From an uncultured candidate division Zixibacteria bacterium (lineage in GTDB: Bacteria > Zixibacteria > MSB-5A5 > GN15 > FEB-12), in assembly GCA_963735035.1 (NCBI GenBank), contig CAVTJJ010000003.1:544001-608000 (forward strand): a stretch of DNA of 64,000 nt, read 5' to 3'. The translations under genes and the position numbers were made by a program. Below are positions 19,644 to 28,842 of this stretch, piece after piece. Numbering within the stretch: the first letter of the stretch is position 1; each line of letters opens with the position of its first letter. The notes under the pieces are model-generated. The model was given only the letters and a program-made list of their open reading frames with translations. It made no database searches and was not told the DNA's origin.

Positions 19644-20982
19644 TTGAGAGGGGACTTCGGCCGTCAAATATTCCTACAAGGTCTTCAATGACCCAATTCA
19701 TGGGCCAATCGGCTTGTCAAAGCTCGAGACGCAGATAGTCAACACACCCACTTTTCAGCGTTTGAGAAATTTGCGACAGCTTGGCCTTGCGGAGTTTGTG
19801 TATCAGGGTGCAACTCACTCTCGATTAGCGCATTCGATTGGTGTTATGCACATAGTCTCAAGGATCGTCGAGGCAATCGAGTCAAACGGTCGGAAGACCG
19901 GCATAACTTCTCCTTTTGGGACAGAAGATCAATCCCGAAACAAACAGAAGTTGCGTCTTGCTGCGCTACTTCACGACATCGGCCACTATCCCCTATCGCA
20001 CGCCACCGAAAAAGTATTCTGGCGAGCAGCGAAAATACCTGACGATTCAATCTCTCCCCCCGCAACCTCGACTATCGAAATGCCGTTGAACGACATGGCA
20101 AGCGTTGTTAAGAATAAGAACGTTGACCATGAAGTCTTTGGTCGGTTTCTTGTTGAACGCCGCCCTGACATAGCGGACACGTTGCGCGGTGATGACTTTG
20201 ACCCCGAAGAAATCAGCAAGATCTTCACTGGGGAGACTGGTGCCAATGATCTTTACTCGCAACTTATCCACAGCACTCTCGACGCGGATCGGCTCGATTA
20301 CTTGCTCCGCGACTCACATTATGCGGGTGTACCTTATGGACACATCGACCTTAATTTCATTCTGTCGCAATTGATATATTGCCCTACAGAGCGAGTGATT
20401 GCGGTAGCCCATAAGGGCATTCCCGCATTGGAGCATTACTTGATCGGTAGATACTTCACATACAACAACGTCACATACCACAAGACGATCGTCGGTTTCG
20501 AGACTGTTGCGCAAGCTCTATATTACCAGATGTTCAAAGAAGGAAAGGTAATAGGTGACCTGTCCAGCCTGACGAAGGTTGCCCTTGGCGACTGGTTACC
20601 TCAATTCGATGACAGCTACTTCTGGGGGAGTATGCGCACATGGATTTCAGACGACGAGTACTTTCGCGATTTGAAGGAGAGCTTTACCGATAGGCGACCA
20701 TTGTGTGTGCTGTGTGAAGAGCGAAAGCTAGTTCCTTTTGACAACACTGATTCACACTTCCTCCTGAATCCTCAGCTTCCCTACAATCAGCGTTTCCAGG
20801 CACTTCTTGATCAGTACGGCATTCAACGGGATTGTATCGCGCTAATAAGGCGGGTTCGAAGCAAACCCGCCCTACAAGACTACCCGTTAATCTTCTTTTC
20901 TAAGAACTCAAACACTTCCGCCGTCTTCATCCGCGTCTGCTCCATGCTGTCGCGCTCACGAAGCGTCATCGTGTCGTCCTGA
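19644..20982 (+). CDS. HD-domain phosphohydrolase (SAMHD1/YwfO-like dNTPase); start frameshifted, C-terminus probably truncated near 20848
   Basis: FNDPIHG upstream in frame, FQRLRNLRQLG, HSRLAHSIG, LLHDIGHYPLSH, LDADRLDYLLRDS, VTYHK. Confidence 0.85.
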
Positions 20983-22219
20983 AGCGTCTGGCCGTCGACC
21001 GTCACACAGTACGGCGTACCGGCTTCGTCCATGCGGGCGTAACGCCGTCCCACCGCGCCGGATTCATCGTAGAAGACTTTGAACTTCTTCTTGAGGTCGT
21101 GGTAGACCTTCTCGGCGTACTCCGGCATGCCCTCTTTCTTGACCAGCGGGAAGATCGCCACTTTGATCGGCGCGACTTTAGGTGACAGATGCAAGAACAC
21201 CCGCTTCTCACCTTTCACTTCGGCCTCGTCGTAGGCATCGACCAGAGATCGTCAGCAAGGTCCGATCGCATCCGGCCGAAGTCTCGATGATGTACGGAAT
21301 GAACTTTTCCGGGAAACGATCATCCTGATAGCGAAGGTCCTTGCCCGGATTCTTCCATGTGGCGCCGCAGATCGAAATCGGTCCGGTTGTGCACACCTTC
21401 GAGTTCCTGCCAGCCGAACGGGTATTCATATTCGACATCCCACGCCGCCTTGGCGTAGTGGGCCAGTTCGTCGGAAGCATGTTCGCGCCAGCGGAGTTTG
21501 GACATGTTGATGCCCAGCCCCTCGTACCACGCCCAGCGCTGTTCGCGCCAGTATTCCATCCACTTGGCATCTTCGCTCGGCTCGATGAAGAACTGCATTT
21601 CCATCTGCTCGAATTCGCGGGTCCGGAAAGTGAAATTGCCGGGCGTGATCTCGTTGCGGAACGCCTTGCCGATCTGGGCGATACCGAACGGGATCTTCTG
21701 ACGCGATGAATTCTTGACGTTCAGGAAATTGACATAGATACCCTGCGCGGTTTCCGGACGAAGATAGATTTCCGATGAGGAATCTTCGACCGGTCCCATG
21801 TGGGTCTTGAACATCAGGTTGAAATTGCGTACCTCGGTCAACTCGCCGCCGCATTCGAGCGGAGATTTCGACGGTTTCATCGGACAGCGGGACTCGGCCA
21901 GCTTGTCGGCGCGGAACCGCGCCTTGCACGTCTTGCAGTCGACCATCGGGTCGTTGAACTCGGCGACGTGTCCCGACGTGCGCCAGACCTGCGGATGCAT
22001 GAGAATGGCGGCGTCGAGGCCTTCGATATCGTCACGGCGGGCGGTCATGGCCTCCCACCAGTAGGTTTTCAGATTGCGTTTCAGTTCCGCGCCGAGCGGC
22101 CCGTAGTCCCAGCAGGACGTAAGTCCGCCGTAGATTTCGGACGACGGGAAAATGTAGCCGCGTCGCTTGCACAGGGAGACGAGTTTTTCCATCGTGTCGT
22201 TGGTTTTCTCAGAGCCCAT
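20880..22219 (-). CDS. glyQS: Glycine--tRNA ligase (alpha2 type), split by two +1 frameshifts (~21345, ~21246), likely sequence errors
   Basis: [61 protein letters not shown] spread over three frames. Confidence 0.95.
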
Positions 22220-22234
22220 AGTCGATCCTAATCC

Positions 22235-23026
22235 TCAACTCAGTTGACTGCTCTTCAGTTTATCAAGAAACTCCAGCGACTTGATATCCGAAACCAGCCC
22301 TGAATGGTGCTTGACGAACTTGGTTAGTGTGTCTACCAGGAGAGTGGCCTCCTGGAAGCCGAGCGGCACGGTCGCCGCCTCGTCCAGTGACGCCCGCTGC
22401 AGCACCGAAAGCAGACGGGCCTGCTGAACCGAAAGGCCAATATAATACTCGCCCGGCTTTTGGCAAGACGGACAGATCAGGCCGCCCCGCTCCGCCGAGA
22501 ACATCAACTTCCCCCCCGTTGGAGCAATTTCCTCCTGCCCTTTGCTGCAACCGGTGCAGTACGCCAGCGACGGATGGTACCCCAGCTGCGACATGGTACG
22601 GAGAAAGAAGCTGATAAACAGCGCCGGCAGGAACTGTTTCTCCTGCTCGGCTATCTTGTCGAGAAAACGGAGAAAATAGACAAACAACGCGGGTTGAGGT
22701 TCGCCCTCCGGCAAGAGCAACCAGAGCAATTCAGAGGCAGCCGATCCATAAGCCAGTCGTCCGAGCGAACCGGATTTCTCGAGAGAAAACTCGCGGATAA
22801 TATCGCAGTCACGAAGATAGGCCGAGACCTGTTTCTCCGACTTGTAGAAGGTCACTTCGAGATGCGCGAACGGCATCAGCCGTCCCCGTTTCGATTTGGC
22901 CGAACGACCTCCCTTGTCCACCAGCGCCACCTTGCCGAACCGTGCGGTGAAAAAGACGGCGGTCCGGGAAGACTCCGACCAATTGTATGTTTTGAGAACG
23001 ACCGCTTCGGATTTTTCCAGAGCCAT
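22235..23026 (-). CDS. recO: DNA repair protein RecO
   Basis: EAVVLKTYNWSESSR, LGYHPSLAYCTGC...GGLICPSC; adjacent to glyQS. Confidence 0.92.
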   Translation of the reverse strand: MALEKSEAVVLKTYNWSESSRTAVFFTARFGKVALVDKGGRSAKSKRGRLMPFAHLEVTFYKSEKQVSAYLRDCDIIREFSLEKSGSLGRLAYGSAASELLWLLLPEGEPQPALFVYFLRFLDKIAEQEKQFLPALFISFFLRTMSQLGYHPSLAYCTGCSKGQEEIAPTGGKLMFSAERGGLICPSCQKPGEYYIGLSVQQARLLSVLQRASLDEAATVPLGFQEATLLVDTLTKFVKHHSGLVSDIKSLEFLDKLKSSQLS

Positions 23027-23031
23027 GACGG

Positions 23032-23397
23032 TTACCGGGTGCGGTAACGATAGACGGTCTCGTTGGGACGAACCATGAAGTAGCGGGTGCGGGCCACCTG
23101 CTCGATATAGACCGGATCGTTGTCGAGCATGTTACGCACCCGGGTGGCGTCGATGAGGTCGGCCGCCAGGTTACGATTGGTCTCGACCAGCGCCTGTTTC
23201 TTCAGATTCAAACGCACGATGCGCGGTACGCTATACGGCCCGATCAGAAGTCCGTAGGCGAACAACACGGCCAAACCCCAGAGACCTATTTGAAGAAGGC
23301 GACGACGAAACCGACTGTCGGAATTCGACAGACGCTTCAAGAGGTCTCCGGCCGGGGCCAGGAGCGACGGCCTTCTCTGACGGGCTTTACGCAGCAT
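23032..23397 (-). CDS. Septum formation initiator (FtsB/DivIC family)
   Basis: TM helix, coiled coil, DPVYIEQVARTRYFMVRPNETVY. Confidence 0.85.
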   Translation of the reverse strand: MLRKARQRRPSLLAPAGDLLKRLSNSDSRFRRRLLQIGLWGLAVLFAYGLLIGPYSVPRIVRLNLKKQALVETNRNLAADLIDATRVRNMLDNDPVYIEQVARTRYFMVRPNETVYRYRTR

Positions 23398-23442
23398 GGT
23401 GCTTAGAAACGATCAGAACGGTCGGCAAGCAACAAAAACGTG

Positions 23443-23986
23443 CTAAAAGAGTCGCGGGAATCGTAAGGTGGGTGGCAGTTCGGTTTCGAAATAACCAAGT
23501 TCGGTGCCATAGCGATCATACCGGTCTTTTTCTATAGCCGAAACCCCGGCCAGTTTCCAAGCCGATTTGACCCGTCGGAAGAGCAGGAAGGTGTAGCGGA
23601 TCCGTTCGACGTTAGCACCGATGTGGGAGGCTTCGCCGGCCAGGGCGATTCGGGCAAACGGCGGCTCTACGGTCAGGTCTTCCAGAAGGAGCGTATCCGG
23701 GTTGGGCCAGCCCCCGAAGCGGGCTTCCAGGTACGGCGTCAAGCCGGAAACCCCGTACAGTTTGCGGGCGGATTTGAAGCGTCGGGCCTCGGCGCTATCG
23801 AGAAAACCAGCCAGTTCATCCGGGCGATTGGAGAGCGCCGCCTTTTGCAGGTCACGAAAGATAGTAACCAGGGTGTCAACCAGAGGCGGTTTTGCGGGTG
23901 CTGGCCGAGGTCTGGTTCAGCCCACGATGAGAGCACGCCCCCAACAGAACAAACACCGGAATCAACCAAAGCAGGTTCTTTCTCAG
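23443..23986 (-). CDS. Hypothetical lipoprotein, frameshifted near 23900
   Basis: GGAGG, then CTG start with RKNLLWLIPVFVLLGAC lipobox in one frame; body PAKPPLVDTLVTIF...PRLF continues in another. Confidence 0.5.
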
Positions 23987-24101
23987 ACCTTACCTCCTTG
24001 CCTTCTATTAACTTATCGGCAGAAAGGATCACCCCCCTTGAGGGTCATATTTTGTTTGTTGCTCGATGGCAGTTGTTGGCCGATATAGACTTACAGAGAC
24101 T

Positions 24102-25238
24102 ATGGCTACAAACACCCGCTCACGCCACTCGACAAAACCGAAATACTTGCGCCCGATCCTGCTGGTTGCAGTAGGGTTGTTACTGGCCGGAGCGGCGCTG
24201 GCAAACACCAATTGCCAGTATTGCGGAAAGGTCATTGATGACGAGTACGTCGAGTACAACAACCAACTTTACCACCCCGCCTGCTACCACCAGCACGTCG
24301 CCCCTCGCTGCGCTCTATGCGGCAAGGAAATCGATGGTGGCGGCATCACGTACGAGGGCAAGAATTACCATAGTAGCTGCTACAAGGATCAGGTCGCCCC
24401 ACGCTGTGCTCTCTGTGGGAAGGAAATCGAAGACGGCGGGATCATTTTCGAAGGAAAACATTATCACAAGCAATGCTACGAAGACAATGTGGCGCTTCGC
24501 TGCAGCGTCTGCGGCGGGATTATCGAAGGTGAGTACCTGATCGACCATTGGGGTAACAAGTATCACAAGGTCCACGAGAAGGAAATCGCCAGTTGTTCGT
24601 TCTGCGGACGGCTGTTCACCGATCCACTCGCCGGCGGCGGGATAGTGCTCGACGCTACCCACAAAATCTGCAATGCCTGCAACCAGACGGCCATCTCGAA
24701 TCTCGAAACGGCGCAACCCCTGATAGACCAGAGCTTGGACCTTCTTGCCAAAGTCGGGATCACGGTCAAACCAAAGTCCTTCAAGTTCAAGCTGGTCACC
24801 CGGGAGGAGTTGGGAAGTCTGACCGGGCAGGACAACCCGGATCAGTTCGGCCTGACCCACTACAAGAAGACCGAATACCTGGGCTTCCTTGAAGACAAGA
24901 AGCTGGTGGTCTATATCATTGACGGGTTGCCTCGGATGCATTTCATCTCGGCCGCCGCCCACGAACTGATGCATGTCTGGTTGTTTCTCAACTCCCGCTA
25001 CGATCCTGACGTCGCCGATCCGCAGATGATTGAAGGTAGCTGCAACGGTGCAGCGCAACTGGTGCTTCGGCAACTCGACGATGACATGGCCAGGTATGTT
25101 GTTCAGCAGATGGAAGAAGAGAAGAGCGTTGTTTACGGCGGCGGATTCCGTCGGGTCGAGAAGCTCATCGATAACCGGGGTGTGGAGTATTGGCTTCAGC
25201 ATCTGCGGTTGGACCCGGAATTTCCGATCGGGTATTGA
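24102..25238 (+). CDS. Secreted LIM-like zinc-finger repeat protein with DA1-like zincin peptidase
   Basis: Signal peptide; repeated CxxC-x16-HxxC; AHELMHVW and IEGSCN; YGGGFR. Confidence 0.8.
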   Translation: MATNTRSRHSTKPKYLRPILLVAVGLLLAGAALANTNCQYCGKVIDDEYVEYNNQLYHPACYHQHVAPRCALCGKEIDGGGITYEGKNYHSSCYKDQVAPRCALCGKEIEDGGIIFEGKHYHKQCYEDNVALRCSVCGGIIEGEYLIDHWGNKYHKVHEKEIASCSFCGRLFTDPLAGGGIVLDATHKICNACNQTAISNLETAQPLIDQSLDLLAKVGITVKPKSFKFKLVTREELGSLTGQDNPDQFGLTHYKKTEYLGFLEDKKLVVYIIDGLPRMHFISAAAHELMHVWLFLNSRYDPDVADPQMIEGSCNGAAQLVLRQLDDDMARYVVQQMEEEKSVVYGGGFRRVEKLIDNRGVEYWLQHLRLDPEFPIGY

Positions 25239-25301
25239 GTGACGGGGGTGCCGGGTGCAAAATGATGCGACAAGTGTTATGAGAACCAACGGTGAGTACT
25301 G

Positions 25302-25727
25302 ATGTGGCGTTCAATCTTTAAGCCCCGTCCAGAGGCTGAGCTTGAGCTTGAGCGTCAACGTACGCTGTGGTTGCTTGACCTTGTTGTGGGAACTGTGTAT
25401 TGCATACCGATGATGGCGGCGCTCATGGAGCTGCAAGGTTATTGGGTGAATGTCTTCTGGGGTGCCTCTGTGCCAGCCATGGCCGGGGCTTGCACAGCCT
25501 ATCTCATCAAGTGGGCCATGTTTCGAAAACGGAGAAGGTATCCGAGAACGCTATTCGCTCTACTCCTTCTCATATTCAATCTTTGGATTATGCAGTTCAC
25601 GCCGCCGGCTGTGGACCCATCAGCGTTAAGTAGGTGGTTGAAAGGTGTGTTTATTGTGTTTCTGATTTGGGGGTTGACCCGTTCCTTTGGAGTACCCATA
25701 GAGGGAAGGAGTCGGCGCAGCTCATGA
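25302..25727 (+). CDS. Hypothetical 4-TM membrane protein
   Basis: Four hydrophobic segments. Confidence 0.55.
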   Translation: MWRSIFKPRPEAELELERQRTLWLLDLVVGTVYCIPMMAALMELQGYWVNVFWGASVPAMAGACTAYLIKWAMFRKRRRYPRTLFALLLLIFNLWIMQFTPPAVDPSALSRWLKGVFIVFLIWGLTRSFGVPIEGRSRRSS

Positions 25728-25959
25728 ATTATCAGAACGCGGGACGTTGGCAGTACTGCAGCCCCAATTATCTTGTAGCCGGGTGCCCACAAATAAGTCA
25801 GGCTGAGCCTGTCGAAGCCTGGCTTACTTGCACATCATAAGTCACACTTCGACAGGCTCAGTGTGACTTAGAAGCCGGGTACCCTCAAACCGCCCATGCC
25901 ACGGAACCGCCCGGAAACTATCCTCTGGATATCTCACCCCCTCAGGCGTATAATGGGGC

Positions 25960-27057
25960 GTGGATAGTGCTACCCTCGAAAAGAAAGCCGAAGAACTCAC
26001 GACCCTGGCCGCCGACCTGTTCATAGTCGACGCCTACTACCTCCATCAAAAGCAGGTGGTCCTGAGCCTTCGCTATCGTTTTGAGTCCCAGAAGTCGCTC
26101 GCTCTCCTGAAAGACCGGCTAAAACTGGCGGGTTACCGCCATACTCTGAGCACTCACGAAGACAGCCTGCTCTTGTCGGTCAACCCGGAGCGGCAGTTAC
26201 GCATCCCGGTGCTGAACGTCGTCCTGTTCCTCGTGACCCTGGCGTCGGTTTATTTCGTTCCGGTCTACTACTTCAATGTTGAAATCTACGGCTTCGGCGG
26301 GGCGTTTCGTCACGCCTTGAGCGATTTGGCCGCCGGTCGCGGTTTGCAGTTTACGGCCGCTTTGATGTCCATTCTGTTGGTGCATGAAATGGGGCATTTC
26401 ATAGCAGGTCGAAGACGGGGCATTGTCACATCCTGGCCTTATTTCATCCCGGCGCCGAATTTTATCGGCACGTTCGGGGCGGTCATTAGGTCGAAGTCGC
26501 CGTTTTGGAACCGTCGTGATTTGATTGAAGTTGGCGCGACCGGACCCATTGCCGGCTGGCTGGTAGCCCTGGCCTGGCTGATCTACGGACTGACGAATTC
26601 CCAAATTCTGCCACCCAACGCGGCTCCGTTCTCGGGCATGGGTTTTTCTTTACAGGGAGAATCAATTCTGGTCAGGCTTCTGGTACCCTCGCTCATAGGC
26701 CCGTCCGGACCCAACACGTTATATCTGTTTTCCGAGGCGGCTTTCGCCGGATGGGTGGGTATGCTGGTAACGGCGCTGAACATGATGCCGATCGGTCAGT
26801 TCGACGGCGGTCATGTTATCTACGGTTTGGTCGGGAAACGTCAGGCGGTTCTCGGCTGGATAGCTCTGGCGGCTTTGGTTGCGCTGGGATTTCAGTCGCC
26901 GGCCTGGTGGGTGTTTGCGGCTCTTGGATTTGCCATGGGGGTAGCTCATCCTCCGACTCTGGATGATCGCAAACCGATGCCGATAGGGGCCTACCTGTGG
27001 GGATTGGCGGCGGTGGTGATTCTGATTCTTTCGTTTACGCCTGTGCCGTTTCAGTAG
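25960..27057 (+). CDS. Site-2 protease (M50 family)
   Basis: HEMGH, GTFGAVI, NMMPIGQFDGGH, multiple TM helices. Confidence 0.93.
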   Translation: MDSATLEKKAEELTTLAADLFIVDAYYLHQKQVVLSLRYRFESQKSLALLKDRLKLAGYRHTLSTHEDSLLLSVNPERQLRIPVLNVVLFLVTLASVYFVPVYYFNVEIYGFGGAFRHALSDLAAGRGLQFTAALMSILLVHEMGHFIAGRRRGIVTSWPYFIPAPNFIGTFGAVIRSKSPFWNRRDLIEVGATGPIAGWLVALAWLIYGLTNSQILPPNAAPFSGMGFSLQGESILVRLLVPSLIGPSGPNTLYLFSEAAFAGWVGMLVTALNMMPIGQFDGGHVIYGLVGKRQAVLGWIALAALVALGFQSPAWWVFAALGFAMGVAHPPTLDDRKPMPIGAYLWGLAAVVILILSFTPVPFQ

Positions 27058-28633
27058 ACAAAGCCTGGCCGAGACAGCCCATATCCTCGTCGCGTCCGTA
27101 CAACTGACGCAAATCCACCACCCCTGAATTGAGCACCGTGAGAAATGCTTTGACAAGAAATGGGTCGAACTGAGTGCCGATGTTCTCGGTCAGTTCGCGC
27201 ACGGCGACATGAAGCGCCGCTCCGACACGATACGGTCGGTCGGACATGACGGCATCGAAAGTGTCGGTTACCGCCAGCAAACGGCCTTCGATCGGTATCT
27301 CGTCCCCTTTCAGACCACGGGGATAACCGCTCCCGTCGTACCGCTCATGGTGAGCAATGATATAGGGGATGGACGGGCGGAAAAGGTCAATACCACGAAT
27401 GATCTTCAAACCGAGTTCGGGGTGCTTCATCATCATCTTGCGCTCGGGCTCGGTCAACAGACCGGACTTGTTCAGGATAGCGTCGGGAACGCCAATCTTG
27501 CCGATGTCATGCAGAGTACACCCCATGCGCAGCGCATGGATTTGCTTTTCGCGCCAGCCCAAATGATGCGCCACCAGTTCGGCCAGCTTGGTCACCCGGT
27601 CGGTATGACCGGCGGTATAGTGGTCTCGCGCTTCAATGGCGTTGGTCAAGGCGCGAATGGCCTGAAAATACGACTGCTGCAAATCTTCGTAGAGCTTCTG
27701 ATTCGCGAGCGCCGACGCCGCCGAACTGGCCAGCAATGCGAGAGCGTCGAGTTGCCCGGCGGGCACTGTATCCTGACGGGAAATAATGAGCGCGTTGATC
27801 ACCCCGGTAAGCGTGCGCCGGATCGTAATCGGTTGGCTTATAGTGATCCGATAGCGACTGTTACCGTCGACCAACCATGGTTCGACACTGACCAGGGGCA
27901 CGGTGTTGCCGCTGCCGCTGAACTGATCCAGCAGACGGGAATCCAAAACCGTGTCGCGCTCGTCCGGTTCGGAGCAGGCGGCCACCTGGCGAACGATTTC
28001 CCCGGAACGCGGATCAACTTCCAGAATGGCTGAGGCCACCGCCGACAGTTCGGTGTTGCACGATCGGAGCAACAACTCCATATAGTGTTCGAACTCCATC
28101 CCCGAACCAAAATAGGCGTTGGTTACTCTCAAGAATTCGACCTGTCCCTTGAGCGACAGGTTATCCCGAAGCACTTTCTGATGCGCCAGCCCGCGCTCGA
28201 CCGTCTGGTTCAGAATTTCCAATTTGAAAGGCTTCACCAGAAAATCATGCGCGCCCCGCTTCAAGACCGCGATGGCCGTCTCGACCGTGGGATGCGCGGT
28301 CATGAGCACTACGATGGCGTCGGGGTAGTTTTCCAGCGCGGCTTCGAGAACCTGCAGGCCGGAGCATTCCCCCATCATCAGATCGGTAAGGACAAGATCC
28401 ACCGGATTGGCAGACAGATAGTCGATGGCTCTGGCCGCCTCACTGAAAGCAACGATGTCGTAATTCGCCTGACTAAGAGACTCGACGACTATCTTGCAGA
28501 TGTACTGCTCGTCGTCGACCACCATAATCCGGCTCTTGCGATCGTGCACCATGCTTGTCCTTTCTGTAGTCCGGTCGCTCTTTTTATCGACCACCCGGCT
28601 TGATGTCTCAGCACCTGACCCCGGTTTGTCCAA
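27035..28633 (-). CDS. Response regulator with GAF-like and HD-GYP c-di-GMP phosphodiesterase domains
   Basis: IMVVDDE..DLVLTDLMM..KPF; RDHYTAGH, LHDIGKIG, HHERYDGSGYP; start may be 28552. Confidence 0.93.
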   Translation of the reverse strand: MDKPGSGAETSSRVVDKKSDRTTERTSMVHDRKSRIMVVDDEQYICKIVVESLSQANYDIVAFSEAARAIDYLSANPVDLVLTDLMMGECSGLQVLEAALENYPDAIVVLMTAHPTVETAIAVLKRGAHDFLVKPFKLEILNQTVERGLAHQKVLRDNLSLKGQVEFLRVTNAYFGSGMEFEHYMELLLRSCNTELSAVASAILEVDPRSGEIVRQVAACSEPDERDTVLDSRLLDQFSGSGNTVPLVSVEPWLVDGNSRYRITISQPITIRRTLTGVINALIISRQDTVPAGQLDALALLASSAASALANQKLYEDLQQSYFQAIRALTNAIEARDHYTAGHTDRVTKLAELVAHHLGWREKQIHALRMGCTLHDIGKIGVPDAILNKSGLLTEPERKMMMKHPELGLKIIRGIDLFRPSIPYIIAHHERYDGSGYPRGLKGDEIPIEGRLLAVTDTFDAVMSDRPYRVGAALHVAVRELTENIGTQFDPFLVKAFLTVLNSGVVDLRQLYGRDEDMGCLGQALSTETAQA

Positions 28634-28842
28634 TAATTGCGCTTGGCCGGAGTCAGAGTATTGGCAAGAGTCCCGTTATCCGCACCGTGAGCCGTTTCTG
28701 AACGAATCGGGTGGGGACTAAGTCGGCCGTCGGAGGGGCTTCCCCCATAGATCTCATCGACTCGAGCAAGGGTTCAAGGAAAGGGGGTGAAGTTTCGATA
28801 AGTATATGAGGAAGAAGGTTCAAACCTTTAAGGAGACGTTTC

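Noticed and set aside
21240..21350. Programmed frameshifting or pseudogenisation of glyQS
   Set aside because: No slippery heptamer, the gene is essential, and similar indels occur across the window; error is more likely
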